DNA from: a virus | Direction: 5' to 3' (one strand) | Length of the DNA stretch: 64,000 nt | Virus record (IMG/VR): IMGVR_UViG_3300029286_000024 | Coordinates: 18,013 to 82,012 of that record | Shown: piece by piece, positions 29,817-39,647 of the stretch | How the letters are laid out: every line of letters starts with the position of its first letter | Position numbering within the stretch: the first letter of the stretch is position 1 | Made by a program: the position numbers and the translations under genes | Notes under the pieces: model-generated | Told to the model about the DNA's origin: nothing | The model's database searches: none | Seen by the model: only the letters and a program-made list of their open reading frames with translations

Positions 29817-30257
29817 CTATTTATTGACTTCTCTTCGATATTTTTTGGGAGCCTTTTTTGTTCCCCAATTTTTTGTATCTGAGGCCCAACGGATATGCGC
29901 CCTAAGCCACAATCTTGTTACTGTACGTGAGTTGTTGCAATTTAAATGGCTAGCTGCAAGTTTAACACCTGATGGGATACCGTCAAATGCTTCCAAGAAA
30001 TCTACATTGCAACAGGGGGCACCTTCAAAAGCTCCTAAAGAAATTTTAGAAACCTTATTGAAGGCATACGTCCAAAGGCAATTTTTACAATGGAATCTAG
30101 CCCTACTTGTAAAAAGGCAATGTGGACAAGGGGTTTGAGAATAGCCACTTTCCAGAGCTTCCGAATTACGCTTAATGATTTGTTCAGCATGTTCCTTGGT
30201 AGATACAGAAGCAAGGATTTTAAGAACTTCCTGAGATTGCTTAAATGTAAGTGCCAT
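29817..30257 (-). CDS. Cys-rich hypothetical protein, paralog of 29301..29762
   Basis: Same shared motifs as 29301..29762. Confidence 0.75.
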   Translation of the reverse strand: MALTFKQSQEVLKILASVSTKEHAEQIIKRNSEALESGYSQTPCPHCLFTSRARFHCKNCLWTYAFNKVSKISLGAFEGAPCCNVDFLEAFDGIPSGVKLAASHLNCNNSRTVTRLWLRAHIRWASDTKNWGTKKAPKKYRREVNK

Positions 30258-30426
30258 TTTTTCTCCTAGTTATCTGCCACCCACCATCCTAATTCCATAA
30301 GAGCTTTACGGGTTGCTTCCTCAGAATTAGCGGCCTTGACTGTAAAGGTATCATTGCCATCATAATCGTTGATAACCGTAAAGTCAATCTCTTTGACCTT
30401 CTTTGTCTTGCTCTTTTTTCTTTTCA

Positions 30427-30732
30427 TTAGTTCTCCAAGTCAACATACATCTGCCCCAAGTCTCGAAGCATAGCAATAAACTTTTCTTTCTCCTTAATTG
30501 TCGGCACTCCATCTTCGGGTTCAATACATTCTTCGCAATGGTCAGCAAATCGTGCGGCTGTTATCATGGTACGGTTATTATCGCCCCAAGAAAAGGGAGC
30601 ATCCGTAGAAATCACATCGTAAAACCATCCTCTCCATTTCTTCGGGACAATCTTGGTTACACAAACAAACTCCGTTGACATAACAGGAATCTTACCAACC
30701 TTGCGAACAACTTTCGTATTTAGTTTCTTCAT
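30427..30732 (-). CDS. Hypothetical protein
   Basis: AAGGAG RBS. Confidence 0.7.
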   Translation of the reverse strand: MKKLNTKVVRKVGKIPVMSTEFVCVTKIVPKKWRGWFYDVISTDAPFSWGDNNRTMITAARFADHCEECIEPEDGVPTIKEKEKFIAMLRDLGQMYVDLEN

Positions 30733-30794
30733 GTTCTCCTTATTGTTTTATTATTTGAAGAGAGCTTACCACAATCCCAAGAAAATGTCAAGCC

Positions 30795-31208
30795 TTATTG
30801 ATAGAGTTTGATATATTCTGTAATCTTAGCGACAAGGTTCGTTATGGATTCAGGAGTTGGCCCATCCAAATACCAATCCTTCCCGCAATGCTCAATAATG
30901 CCAACTTCCCCTTGATTTCTGTCTGTATGATCGTTAGGAAGTTTTAACCAATCCTTGAACGAGAAAGTCTGTCGAGTAATCGTTCCATTGGTCTTATGAA
31001 TGATGGTAACAAGAAAAGCGGCATAGGTTCCCGAAACTCCCTGCTCAATCAGCTTAATTTCTGCATTGACGGTTGTACCAATAGGAATGACGATCCTACG
31101 GTTGAAATAATGAATAGAAATGAAAGCCCTATGAAGGAAAGTTTCGCCAAAGAAACGTTTCATAAAACCCTCAAAGGTCGTTGTTCCAAAATTATTTTTC
31201 CAATCCAT
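30795..31208 (-). CDS. Hypothetical protein
   Basis: AAGGAG RBS. Confidence 0.7.
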   Translation of the reverse strand: MDWKNNFGTTTFEGFMKRFFGETFLHRAFISIHYFNRRIVIPIGTTVNAEIKLIEQGVSGTYAAFLVTIIHKTNGTITRQTFSFKDWLKLPNDHTDRNQGEVGIIEHCGKDWYLDGPTPESITNLVAKITEYIKLYQ

Positions 31209-31386
31209 GTTTCTCCTTATGCTTCAAATGTCTTTTGCACCACTTACAAGTAACTTTCTTGGGGTCTCTCGTATGAATGGGACTGCCGCCATGCCCCCTC
31301 ATCCAATATTGAAAGGGACATTTTCTATTGCCATGAATTACTTTCGTTTTCATTTTCGGAGAGCTTATCATAATCCCAAAGAAATG

Positions 31387-31593
31387 TCAAGACTCATTAT
31401 CTTCAAAAAACTTTTTAATCTGTTGTCTCATCTCGTCATTATCTTCGCAGAGTTCCATGAGGTCTTCTTGCATGAGATCGAAACAATCAACCTTGGCGAT
31501 TTCTTTTGCCAATTCAGAATCAGAATTGGTGGTAGAAAAACGCTTACGGTATTCTTGAAATATCCTAACGATAACTTTTTCTTTGGTTGTCAT
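31387..31593 (-). CDS. Hypothetical protein
   Basis: Stop in -35. Confidence 0.6.
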   Translation of the reverse strand: MTTKEKVIVRIFQEYRKRFSTTNSDSELAKEIAKVDCFDLMQEDLMELCEDNDEMRQQIKKFFEDNES

Positions 31594-31830
31594 TCAAACC
31601 TCAGTAGATGCAAGTATGGCTTCCTCACCAAGAACAGGATACTCAATAACATCATCAAGGTCAAACCATTCATTTGCTTGGGTTGTTATATCAGCATAGG
31701 CTAGACCACTTGCTTGATCCTTATTGGCTTGCGCAAGGGCTTCTGCTTTGGTCTCTGCCTGATATTGTTCAGTAGCGACTTGAGTAACAACCCTCCTGCG
31801 AATGATGATAAAGTTATTCATATTTCCCAA
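31594..31830 (-). CDS. Hypothetical protein
   Basis: Coupled operon. Confidence 0.6.
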   Translation of the reverse strand: MGNMNNFIIIRRRVVTQVATEQYQAETKAEALAQANKDQASGLAYADITTQANEWFDLDDVIEYPVLGEEAILASTEV

Positions 31831-32297
31831 AGTTTTTCGAGTTCAGCCGTTATCTTTGCCTTACATTCTGCCATCGTTTGCGCTTTAATCTTCGGCATTT
31901 CTGCATCCCTAATCTGTTGGCGAATAATCTCAATCGTTTCAGGGAGAATTGCTTTCCCGCTAAGTTGTTCTAGGGCTATGGTATTACGAACCTTTTTTGC
32001 TTCAGCGGCAGTCCAAAGGAATATATCCTTCATCCTTGCTTCGCTTTCTTTATGATATTGAGCATGAGTTTTATAGGCATAGATAGCGAACCATACGGCA
32101 TCCTTAACACTCAAATCGCCGCCCATTGTCTTAGGACGATTTGGCCCCCTACCCTTCTTACCAAGTCTCTCAAAACAACTACGATTGAGATACTTAGAGG
32201 CTTGCTGAACAAATGCAACGCCTTCGGGAGTATTCGGGACATTGAAAATCTGAGTTCCTTCTGACTTGATTTGCTTCGGGCTTGTAATCTTTTCCAT
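31818..32297 (-). CDS. Hypothetical protein
   Basis: AAGGAG RBS. Confidence 0.7.
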   Translation of the reverse strand: MEKITSPKQIKSEGTQIFNVPNTPEGVAFVQQASKYLNRSCFERLGKKGRGPNRPKTMGGDLSVKDAVWFAIYAYKTHAQYHKESEARMKDIFLWTAAEAKKVRNTIALEQLSGKAILPETIEIIRQQIRDAEMPKIKAQTMAECKAKITAELEKLWEI

Positions 32298-32352
32298 AAT
32301 CTCCTTAATTGTTTATGCGAAGAGCTTAACAGAAAGGTGGATGAATGTCAAG

Positions 32353-32550
32353 CTATTTCTTAGCCAATTTTTTCATAGCCTGAGCGATTGCGATAAGTTG
32401 GTCGGCATCGTAATCGTTACGGTCTGTATAGTCGGGAACAAACCAAACGCTATCTATTCCCTTTACAACTGTCCCCGCCATAAGACCATTTTCGCTACAA
32501 ATGTCATATTCGTTACCTTTAGCAATTCGGATAACAAGAGTAATTTTCAT
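32353..32550 (-). CDS. Hypothetical protein
   Basis: AAGGAG RBS. Confidence 0.65.
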   Translation of the reverse strand: MKITLVIRIAKGNEYDICSENGLMAGTVVKGIDSVWFVPDYTDRNDYDADQLIAIAQAMKKLAKK

Positions 32551-32558
32551 TTTCTCCT

Positions 32559-32780
32559 TTAGCCTTCCATAGAGACCAAATCTATAACTTCCCGTATCAT
32601 CTCGGTAGGAATGATATGTTGAGCATTCTTGGAGCAGTTGACTTCATCGCCGCCATTGGATTTAGAACCGATACAAGTCACTCTTCCATTTCTGCTGATA
32701 CGATGGGACTCAAATCCATCTTCAATTCGCTTATGAACCAACGTAGCATGACAAACAGGACATTCAAATTTAAATTTCAT
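32559..32780 (-). CDS. Small zinc-ribbon-like protein
   Basis: CPVC…CSKNAQH. Confidence 0.6.
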   Translation of the reverse strand: MKFKFECPVCHATLVHKRIEDGFESHRISRNGRVTCIGSKSNGGDEVNCSKNAQHIIPTEMIREVIDLVSMEG

Positions 32781-32834
32781 ATTTCTCCTTATTGTTAGAA
32801 AAGAGCTTACCACAACTCCCAATAAATGTCAAGA

Positions 32835-33119
32835 CTAAATGAAAGGTAATATTGCTTTCTTGGTAATCGGTAGAAGTTCTGCAGCCAATTTACAAGAGGC
32901 CTCATTACGAAGATCATAATAACCATCGGCCTGCTTTTGCGCAAAAATCTGAATGGAAGGAACAATAATTCGCCGCATGAAGTTCTGTTGAAGGGTTCGA
33001 TGTTGCTTGGCTAAAACTTCTTTGAGAGCTTCGTTTATTTCAAAATCCCCACCCATTTTATTAAGGGCATCGAAAAGGGAGTTAAGCGCATCCCTAGCTT
33101 GTATTCTTAGCTCGTTCAT
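32835..33119 (-). CDS. Hypothetical protein
   Basis: HRTLQQ…YDLRNEAS motif; RBS. Confidence 0.7.
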   Translation of the reverse strand: MNELRIQARDALNSLFDALNKMGGDFEINEALKEVLAKQHRTLQQNFMRRIIVPSIQIFAQKQADGYYDLRNEASCKLAAELLPITKKAILPFI

Positions 33120-33127
33120 GTTCTCCT

Positions 33128-33421
33128 TTATATGCAGAGAATACAAATCGGACTTTCTGTATAACCATGCTTAACGGTTCGGCCCGATTTCTCTACGATC
33201 CCCGCTTTGAGCAAACAATCAAGCATCCCCGCATTTTCTGAATAGTCTTTGATTATGACTTCATCAGGCGCAAGAGCAACTTCGGGAACATTGATTGTCG
33301 CTATTGCAATCGTTTCTCCGTCTGTTGCATCGGATAACTCAAGGGCAACTCTGTCGTTATTGGTATATTTGCGCTTGAGAACTTTACAATCCCATTGCAT
33401 GAATTTGACAATCTTATCCAT
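33128..33421 (-). CDS. DUF4313-like protein
   Basis: YTNNDRVAL…GETIAIATIN…IKDYSEN…L.KAGIV. Confidence 0.55.
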   Translation of the reverse strand: MDKIVKFMQWDCKVLKRKYTNNDRVALELSDATDGETIAIATINVPEVALAPDEVIIKDYSENAGMLDCLLKAGIVEKSGRTVKHGYTESPICILCI

Positions 33422-33469
33422 ATTTCTCCTATTGTTTGAATAAGAGCTTACCACAAAACTTTGGAAATG

Positions 33470-33949
33470 TCAAGAATATTCTCTTGGATTTTCAGGACAT
33501 GAATTGCAAGCAGCGGTTCCTAGTATCGGGCAGGTCGGGCAATCATCAGGAGTTGCGCCTTGGGGAATTTTCTCTGCGCATTCGGGACAATACATTTTTT
33601 CCTTCTTGCCTTTCTTAACGGAATCCTCAACATCAAAAGTCTTCTTACATTCTGAGCAACCAAACGTATCGTCCTTTTCCCGTTTGCTTTCCAAGGCTCC
33701 GCTAAGGTCTATGATATGCGTCGGGTCTTGTTCGTTAATATCTGTCCAAATGATAACCCGTAACTTTCCATTGACCTGCTCAATCAGGATAGGGCAACCA
33801 TTACCGTCACTTGAATAGTAATCCCCATATCCTTTAGCTTTGATAAGGATGCTACGGTCTCCATTGATTTCAACTTGAACAGGGATAGGAGGAATTTTCC
33901 CATTCTTATCATCCAACTGTTCCCGAAGTAAGGCACTCAATTTATGCAT
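33470..33949 (-). CDS. Hypothetical protein with C-terminal zinc fingers
   Basis: Multiple CxxC; stop in -35. Confidence 0.65.
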   Translation of the reverse strand: MHKLSALLREQLDDKNGKIPPIPVQVEINGDRSILIKAKGYGDYYSSDGNGCPILIEQVNGKLRVIIWTDINEQDPTHIIDLSGALESKREKDDTFGCSECKKTFDVEDSVKKGKKEKMYCPECAEKIPQGATPDDCPTCPILGTAACNSCPENPREYS

Positions 33950-34011
33950 TTTCTTCTCCATTGTTTATGCGAAGAGTTTACCACAACTTTACGATAATGT
34001 CAAGAAGAAAG

Positions 34012-34084
34012 TACCCCCAATCGGACTCGAACCGATGACCCATACATTAAAAGTGTATTGCTCTGCCAACTGAGCTATGGGGGC
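34012..34084 (-). tRNA. tRNA-Lys (anticodon TTT), CCA not encoded
   Basis: GCCCCCA acceptor, TAGCTCAGTTGGCAGAGC D-arm, ATACA-CTTTTAA-TGTAT anticodon arm, GGTTCGAGTCC T-arm. Confidence 0.93.
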
Positions 34085-34088
34085 ATTC

Positions 34089-35018
34089 TTAATTCAATAC
34101 CATAATCATTTTCTTCCAATCCGTTTTCTTCAAATCGGCTACCCTGCGAATTCGACAAGCCTTAATGAATGTCCGAATGTTGAACTGTCCAAAAGTTTCG
34201 CAACGTTCCCCAAGATACGTCAAGACTTCTTTCTTTTCCCCGACCTTCATCTTAGGTTCAATCTCTTCGATAAGATTCCAAAGATGCTCGCAGATTTCCT
34301 TACGAGATAATTGCAAATCAATTACCATCGTTCTGCTTTGCACCGCTTCATCAATCCGATCAGAATTTATGTTGGAAATGAAAATGATCTGTCCCGTAAA
34401 TTCAAATTCGGGTTCAACGTCTTCGGGCATTTTCGTAGAGAGCCAACAGACTTTGCGAACATCGTAAGAATCAAGAGCCGACTTCAAAATGTTGATAGAA
34501 GTTTGCTCACCAAATACGCTATCGCAATCATCAAAGACTGTCGTTTGATCCCTATGGTCATGCAAGAACTTATACAGACCCATGGGAGAACTATGCCCCT
34601 GAACGAAATTGTAATCCATCCCCTCCTTCTTGCCGTTAATCTCAAAACGTTCTTTGACTAAAAACGTTTTCCCTATTCCCGCAATCCCTGTAATCAGAAG
34701 GGAAGGAGAAATACCCGCTTGAACCATATCCACCAAATGCCTGACATATTCAAAACGTTCCAAGGGAGAAAGGGAAGACATATTGGTTCCCGAACTAAGT
34801 TGAATTTTCCCCTGAGTTGATAGGGTAGCATAGAAGATTCTCCCGCCGTCCTTATGATCTATGCGGAGTTGTCCTTCCCCCACCATTTCTCGAATCATAA
34901 GATAGGCAGCAGAGGGACTAACCTGTGCAACCAATGAAATGTTTTCAGGCGTAAAGGGTTGATTCTGAACGAGAATATCCTTACGCAACTTGTCCTTATT
35001 GATCCGTTGTCCACCCAT
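34089..35018 (-). CDS. AAA+/P-loop ATPase with N-terminal winged-HTH-like domain
   Basis: Walker A GIAGIGKT, Walker B VFDDCD, IIFISN, SR finger. Confidence 0.8.
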   Translation of the reverse strand: MGGQRINKDKLRKDILVQNQPFTPENISLVAQVSPSAAYLMIREMVGEGQLRIDHKDGGRIFYATLSTQGKIQLSSGTNMSSLSPLERFEYVRHLVDMVQAGISPSLLITGIAGIGKTFLVKERFEINGKKEGMDYNFVQGHSSPMGLYKFLHDHRDQTTVFDDCDSVFGEQTSINILKSALDSYDVRKVCWLSTKMPEDVEPEFEFTGQIIFISNINSDRIDEAVQSRTMVIDLQLSRKEICEHLWNLIEEIEPKMKVGEKKEVLTYLGERCETFGQFNIRTFIKACRIRRVADLKKTDWKKMIMVLN

Positions 35019-35092
35019 TGTTCCTCCATTGTTTAATTGTTAAAGAATAGCATAGCAGAAAGAATCGGGAAAAGCAAGAACAATCACAAAAA

Positions 35093-35605
35093 TTATGCGG
35101 CTGCTTCTCTAACAAAAACAACCCGCATACGGCAACGATTACATGTTCTTGTTTGCCCTTGTTGAATACGTTTATGCAGAATACTCGTCAACCTATGTAC
35201 CGCACAACTACAAGAATAAATATAAGGCCGTTCCCTACGTCTCGCCAACCCTTCAATATTGTAATGATGGCAACGAGTAGCGTCTTTTACTCCCAACTTT
35301 ATCATAACCTGTTGCCACTCAAATCCATGGGGCTTAGGACGTTTCCCCGCATTAAGAACATAAGCAATCAGGTGGGCTATTTCATGGGGAACGGTTCGAT
35401 TAGAAAAATCGTCCTGATGTCGGGAATAAATATCGGGATTAAATTTGAGCATCCATCTTGAGTAGCAAGCTCTTCCCGCAACGGCTCCTGACAAAGCAAT
35501 AGAAACACTAGGCATGACAAACTTACGCCCATAAATTTCTGAAGCCAAGTCAATCCATGTTTTCGTACAATCGGTCAACTCTTTAAGAACGCTTGAATAG
35601 TTCAT
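35093..35605 (-). CDS. SprT-like zinc metalloprotease
   Basis: AGRA, VPHEIAH, PHGFEW, YSCSC, CNRC. Confidence 0.85.
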   Translation of the reverse strand: MNYSSVLKELTDCTKTWIDLASEIYGRKFVMPSVSIALSGAVAGRACYSRWMLKFNPDIYSRHQDDFSNRTVPHEIAHLIAYVLNAGKRPKPHGFEWQQVMIKLGVKDATRCHHYNIEGLARRRERPYIYSCSCAVHRLTSILHKRIQQGQTRTCNRCRMRVVFVREAAA

Positions 35606-36106
35606 TACTTCCTCCATTGCTCGAATAAAGAAATCGAATAAAGAAATGTTTTCTTATTCCATTGTTTGAACAGAGGGTATCATAATGAGTGAGAAATGTC
35701 AAGAAGATTTTTTGAAAAGATATTTATCAAAACGAGTACCCTTTTTGCATTGCTCAAAGTCCCGATACTCGCTAAGAACTTGAAGGAACTCGACTTGTAA
35801 CAAGAGCGGCAAATGTTTTCCATCATGTCTTGCCATCTTGAGGAGGGAAGTATCCGCCCCGTTTGCTAAAATACATCCCCGGCCTGAAGATTCCGTACTA
35901 ACTGTGATCTTTGTTGGTCTCATCTTTTTCTCCATGTTCTTTACAACAATCGCATTTCTTCTTATGACGATTTTTGAACCATCCATAGACAAGCCCGAAG
36001 CCCATAAAGACAAGGGTTGTTTCGATGATACCCCCGCAAAATATACACGCTAGAATCATTATCCCTCCTTATGTTTTGCGCAGACTACCATAATCCCATT
36101 CCAATG

Positions 36107-36469
36107 TCAATAGAAATCGGCAATATCCCCAACATAAGCCAGAATGTCTTCGTCCCCATTAGCATTAGCCATTGAAAGCCTATGTATCCCATCCAGAATT
36201 TCATACCAAGTTTCTGCATCTTTTGAATCGGTAAGGAGAATGACAGGATATTTTTTAGAGCGGTTAGGAAATTTTGGATCAGCTATGGTTCTTACTCCAA
36301 TAGCCTTCAAGGAAACCTTTTGCAGCTTCCAAGTTTTAGCATGTCCGGCAAGCTCTTTAGCATCCTGATATTCCAGTAACCCATTGGCATCCCGAAGTTT
36401 CCACGCTAGAATCTTATCAATTAGTTCTTCGGCAGTCAGTTGTTCTGGAAAAGAAATTATTTTTTTCAT
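36107..36469 (-). CDS. ParB/sulfiredoxin-like domain protein
   Basis: PVIL…YEILDGIHRL. Confidence 0.65.
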   Translation of the reverse strand: MKKIISFPEQLTAEELIDKILAWKLRDANGLLEYQDAKELAGHAKTWKLQKVSLKAIGVRTIADPKFPNRSKKYPVILLTDSKDAETWYEILDGIHRLSMANANGDEDILAYVGDIADFY

Positions 36470-36510
36470 GAAGCCACGATAACATTGCTTGGGAAAAATG
36501 TCAAGGGAAA

Positions 36511-37290
36511 TTACAGACAAACGGTTATTACTTTGTCTTCCGGCCAAACTAATTCTTTCCAAACAATAACATTAGTATCATAGGCTGTTCGATACCAATA
36601 ATCCCTACCATTGATTATGAGCCGCATAGTTACATTGTCCGCAGTAGGTCTATGGTTTATCCAAAGATAGTCATGGATCGCATTAGACAAGACTGTAGTA
36701 AACATGTGCCATCGGGTAGCCATTGTTCCCAATCTATATTCAGCCTGATACCAAGCATTCCCGATTTCAAGATTCAGGAATTTTTTAGGTGTTTTTTCAA
36801 GCCAATCAAAACCAATGCCATGTTTCCCATCTCTCAAATCCGAAGCATGATAAAGCCAGTAGGGAGGATATTTTCCTGTATACTGATGGGTAATTTTAGC
36901 ATGAGCTTGCTTTACTTTAACTACTGCATTGAAAGCAGGCGTCCAGATAGTATTGAATTCGAGATGATAGCGGTGAGCTATTTTTTGACAACGAGCTTCA
37001 AGTTTAGGAATGTCTTTAAGAATAGGTGGCCAAATTTTTACAGAAATCCCATGGTTTTCCGAGTAAGAATTCTGGAACCATTTTCTTATTTTCTTGCCAT
37101 CTACATACATCCAATAATCTTCCCCAAATATGCAAGCTCCTGTGGGTGGATTTCCGTTTACTCCCAAGACAGCAAGCATGGACGTACCCAAAGGAATAGT
37201 ACAAACCAATTTCCCATTTTCTCTTACTTCGCCTTTTTCGTTCCGTTCCATTACATTCTGTTCCTTTTTCATATCATTCCTCCAATTCAA
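36511..37290 (-). CDS. Hypothetical protein
   Basis: 259 aa; GGAGG RBS suggests a start at 37272. Confidence 0.7.
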   Translation of the reverse strand: MNWRNDMKKEQNVMERNEKGEVRENGKLVCTIPLGTSMLAVLGVNGNPPTGACIFGEDYWMYVDGKKIRKWFQNSYSENHGISVKIWPPILKDIPKLEARCQKIAHRYHLEFNTIWTPAFNAVVKVKQAHAKITHQYTGKYPPYWLYHASDLRDGKHGIGFDWLEKTPKKFLNLEIGNAWYQAEYRLGTMATRWHMFTTVLSNAIHDYLWINHRPTADNVTMRLIINGRDYWYRTAYDTNVIVWKELVWPEDKVITVCL

Positions 37291-37441
37291 CGATGCAATC
37301 TCCTGTTTCCTTATTCAATTCAATCAGGGTTCCAATTCCAAGAGGGGAGATAACTTTGTCTCCTACATCAAATGTGCATTTAACAGGCGCATTACGTGTA
37401 TGAGTAAGTTGGAACGTGGTGGCTGTTATTTTCTGTTTCAT

Positions 37442-37798
37442 TTAGCTCATATAGGCTTCGGGACTATCCAAGGTTTCATAGCCCAACTTTCTTGCTTCCC
37501 GAATGAGCTTGGCATAGAATTTCTTGGCTTTCGTTTTTCCCATCTGATGATATTCCCCATAAGTCGGCCATTTGGTGCCTGTCAACTTTACAGAAATAGT
37601 TTCAACAACTTGCTCTCTGGTTACAGTATCGCATCCATATGCATCAATACTTTCTGCAACTTCGAGCATAAGACTTTTATTTGGTGCTAGGACTTTCTTC
37701 ATTTGACGAGGGGTAAGGGAAATCTGATACCATTCCTTAATATCCTTACAAAGCCATCGCCATTCTTGCTCAGTCAATTTGATTTTTATGATTGCCAT
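37442..37798 (-). CDS. Hypothetical protein
   Basis: AAGGAG RBS. Confidence 0.7.
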   Translation of the reverse strand: MAIIKIKLTEQEWRWLCKDIKEWYQISLTPRQMKKVLAPNKSLMLEVAESIDAYGCDTVTREQVVETISVKLTGTKWPTYGEYHQMGKTKAKKFYAKLIREARKLGYETLDSPEAYMS

Positions 37799-37852
37799 TT
37801 TCTTCTCCTTATTTGCGCATACTATACATCATTCCGTGGGTAAAGTCAAGCA

Positions 37853-38065
37853 TTATTTTTTTCTTTCCCATATATTCTTGCCCCAGTATTTAGGTTCAAG
37901 AATATGTGTTGAAAATAGCCTTTTGGCAGAAGTTAAAGAATTGGAATAGTCAACCTTACCAGCGTTTCTTGTTTCAACACTTAAGACCCATTTATCAAAC
38001 AATTTTTCGTAATGAATACTTGCGCTTTTAACATAACTTCGAGGGTTTTTAAGAACATAGCTCAT
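37853..38065 (-). CDS. Leaderless hypothetical protein
   Basis: Between two near-identical promoter modules. Confidence 0.65.
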   Translation of the reverse strand: MSYVLKNPRSYVKSASIHYEKLFDKWVLSVETRNAGKVDYSNSLTSAKRLFSTHILEPKYWGKNIWERKK

Positions 38066-38111
38066 GCGTACACCTTATCGCATTCCGTGGGTAAAGTCAA
38101 GCATTATTTAT

Positions 38112-38187
38112 TGGTGGTCAAAGCGGGACTCGAACCCACACAAACTTGATTTAGAGTCAAGCGCATTAACCCTTCTGCCATTTGACC
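38112..38187 (-). tRNA. Amber suppressor tRNA, anticodon CTA (reads UAG), CCA encoded
   Basis: GGTCAAA/TTTGACC acceptor + A73-CCA; CTTGA-CTCTAAA-TCAAG anticodon arm; GTGGG-TTCGAGT-CCCGC T-arm. Confidence 0.88.
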
Positions 38188-38198
38188 TATTGATTGTT

Positions 38199-38360
38199 TC
38201 AGAGGCTATCAAGCATCTCTTTTGCCAGACGAATATCCTTATAGGTAAGTCCATAACCAAAATTTTTCGAGTCAACTTCTTTTTGGTTTTCGGGAGAGCC
38301 ATCATACTCTAGAGCAATCCATCTCCATAACTGTCTGATAATATGTTCAATAGTGCTCAT
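38199..38360 (-). CDS. 53-aa protein (MSTIEHIIRQ...)
   Basis: ATGA overlap with 38357..38638; ends just before the tRNA. Confidence 0.6.
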   Translation of the reverse strand: MSTIEHIIRQLWRWIALEYDGSPENQKEVDSKNFGYGLTYKDIRLAKEMLDSL

Positions 38361-38638
38361 GGCTTCTCCAAAATCGGCTGCTTCGGCGGAATCGTTGAAT
38401 CAAATAAACAGTTCTTGTAAGTGATAATACCACCATCATTTACCTGCACTTCCCAAATGCTTCCGTCAGAACACTTTACAATAAACATTTGGGTCAATGA
38501 AGTTGATTTAACAAAGGCTACATCGTTAGTAAAAGAAAGTCGTATTGTTTCTATTTTTTCAGGTTGATTATAGCATCCCGCAGAAATAGCAACAAACGCC
38601 ATTAGCCATAGACAGATTTTGGTTTTATGTCCATTCAT
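38357..38638 (-). CDS. Putative lipoprotein
   Basis: Signal peptide with lipobox-like ISAGC. Confidence 0.6.
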   Translation of the reverse strand: MNGHKTKICLWLMAFVAISAGCYNQPEKIETIRLSFTNDVAFVKSTSLTQMFIVKCSDGSIWEVQVNDGGIITYKNCLFDSTIPPKQPILEKP

Positions 38639-38646
38639 ATTTTTCT

Positions 38647-38850
38647 TTATGGGGTTGTTACAAAGACAGTAATGGTTGTTTCATTAGTAAGAGAATTAAG
38701 AGAATAGTCATAAAGTACCGATTCAACTCTGTAAGATACGTCAGTAGTTTGACCAATAATCCTTTCTCCAATGCGAGGGATATGTTGTGGGTTAATGACA
38801 AAGAGTATGGTTGTTCTGCCATCTTGCGTAACTAGCATTTTTGTGATCAT
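38647..38850 (-). CDS. Hypothetical protein
   Basis: IPRIGE motif; coupled. Confidence 0.6.
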   Translation of the reverse strand: MITKMLVTQDGRTTILFVINPQHIPRIGERIIGQTTDVSYRVESVLYDYSLNSLTNETTITVFVTTP

Positions 38851-39044
38851 TCGTCACCTCTCGCAATTTTGAAACTTTCTAACACATTATGTCTTCGCAG
38901 CAATTCCTTTTCAAAAAGAGAGAAAGCCGGATCAAGGCAGCTTGCAACATTAAGTAGCTCTTCGTAAAAATTCAGAAGCTCCTTAAGTTCTTCGTCAGTT
39001 AAGACAATACCCTTTAGGAATTTCTCATTGGCCGATATGATCAT
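38847..39044 (-). CDS. Hypothetical protein
   Basis: AAGGAG RBS. Confidence 0.65.
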   Translation of the reverse strand: MIISANEKFLKGIVLTDEELKELLNFYEELLNVASCLDPAFSLFEKELLRRHNVLESFKIARGDE

Positions 39045-39077
39045 TTATCTCCTTACTTTTCATACGCATATCATAAC

Positions 39078-39386
39078 TTATTTTGGGGGTAATGTCAAGG
39101 CTTTATTTTGTTTTTCTTCGGCTATCTTTAGTTGTGTCCGGATATACCAAATCATTGCCTCAAACCAAAACGTATAAAGAAACTTGGTCTGCTCATCCGG
39201 AATTTCTTCATAAAGCCCAAAATCGAAACAAGGGCCGGGAGTTTCTACATGATGATGATAATACTCTACCCTTTCTAAATACCAAGCAATTTCCTTGCGG
39301 ATCTCAGAATCGCTGGTATCCAGAAAAGCTCGATCTGTTTTGTTCAGGCTTGCTAAAACAGGACTATCTATGTTAAAGTTTTCCAC
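39078..39386 (-). CDS. Hypothetical protein
   Basis: ORF; start uncertain. Confidence 0.55.
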   Translation of the reverse strand: MENFNIDSPVLASLNKTDRAFLDTSDSEIRKEIAWYLERVEYYHHHVETPGPCFDFGLYEEIPDEQTKFLYTFWFEAMIWYIRTQLKIAEEKQNKALTLPPK

Positions 39387-39647
39387 GCCAGATTATCCAA
39401 TAAATAAATGGGGGTTGATCTACGTCATACAGGGAATAAATTCCTCTGCGCCGTGTAGTCTAAGCCCCCTTGATTTTCTTTTCAACTTTCCATCTCTGAA
39501 GCAATCCCCTAGCTTCATTAACCAAATCCTTATGCTCAGGAGAATTACCCAATACCTTAATCACCTTGAAACAGAAAATCAAACAGCGGCCCAAAAGCCA
39601 TCCTAGGGAAGCTTGTTTCATTTCGGAAGGTTCTGTTTTGGTAAGCA

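Noticed and set aside
38112-38187. tRNA-Pyl
   Set aside because: Canonical TTC T-loop, GG-containing D-loop and 5-bp anticodon stem; no pyl genes seen
38108-38305. 65-aa ORF from the track
   Set aside because: Runs through the tRNA(CUA); the coupled 38199..38360 frame is the better gene
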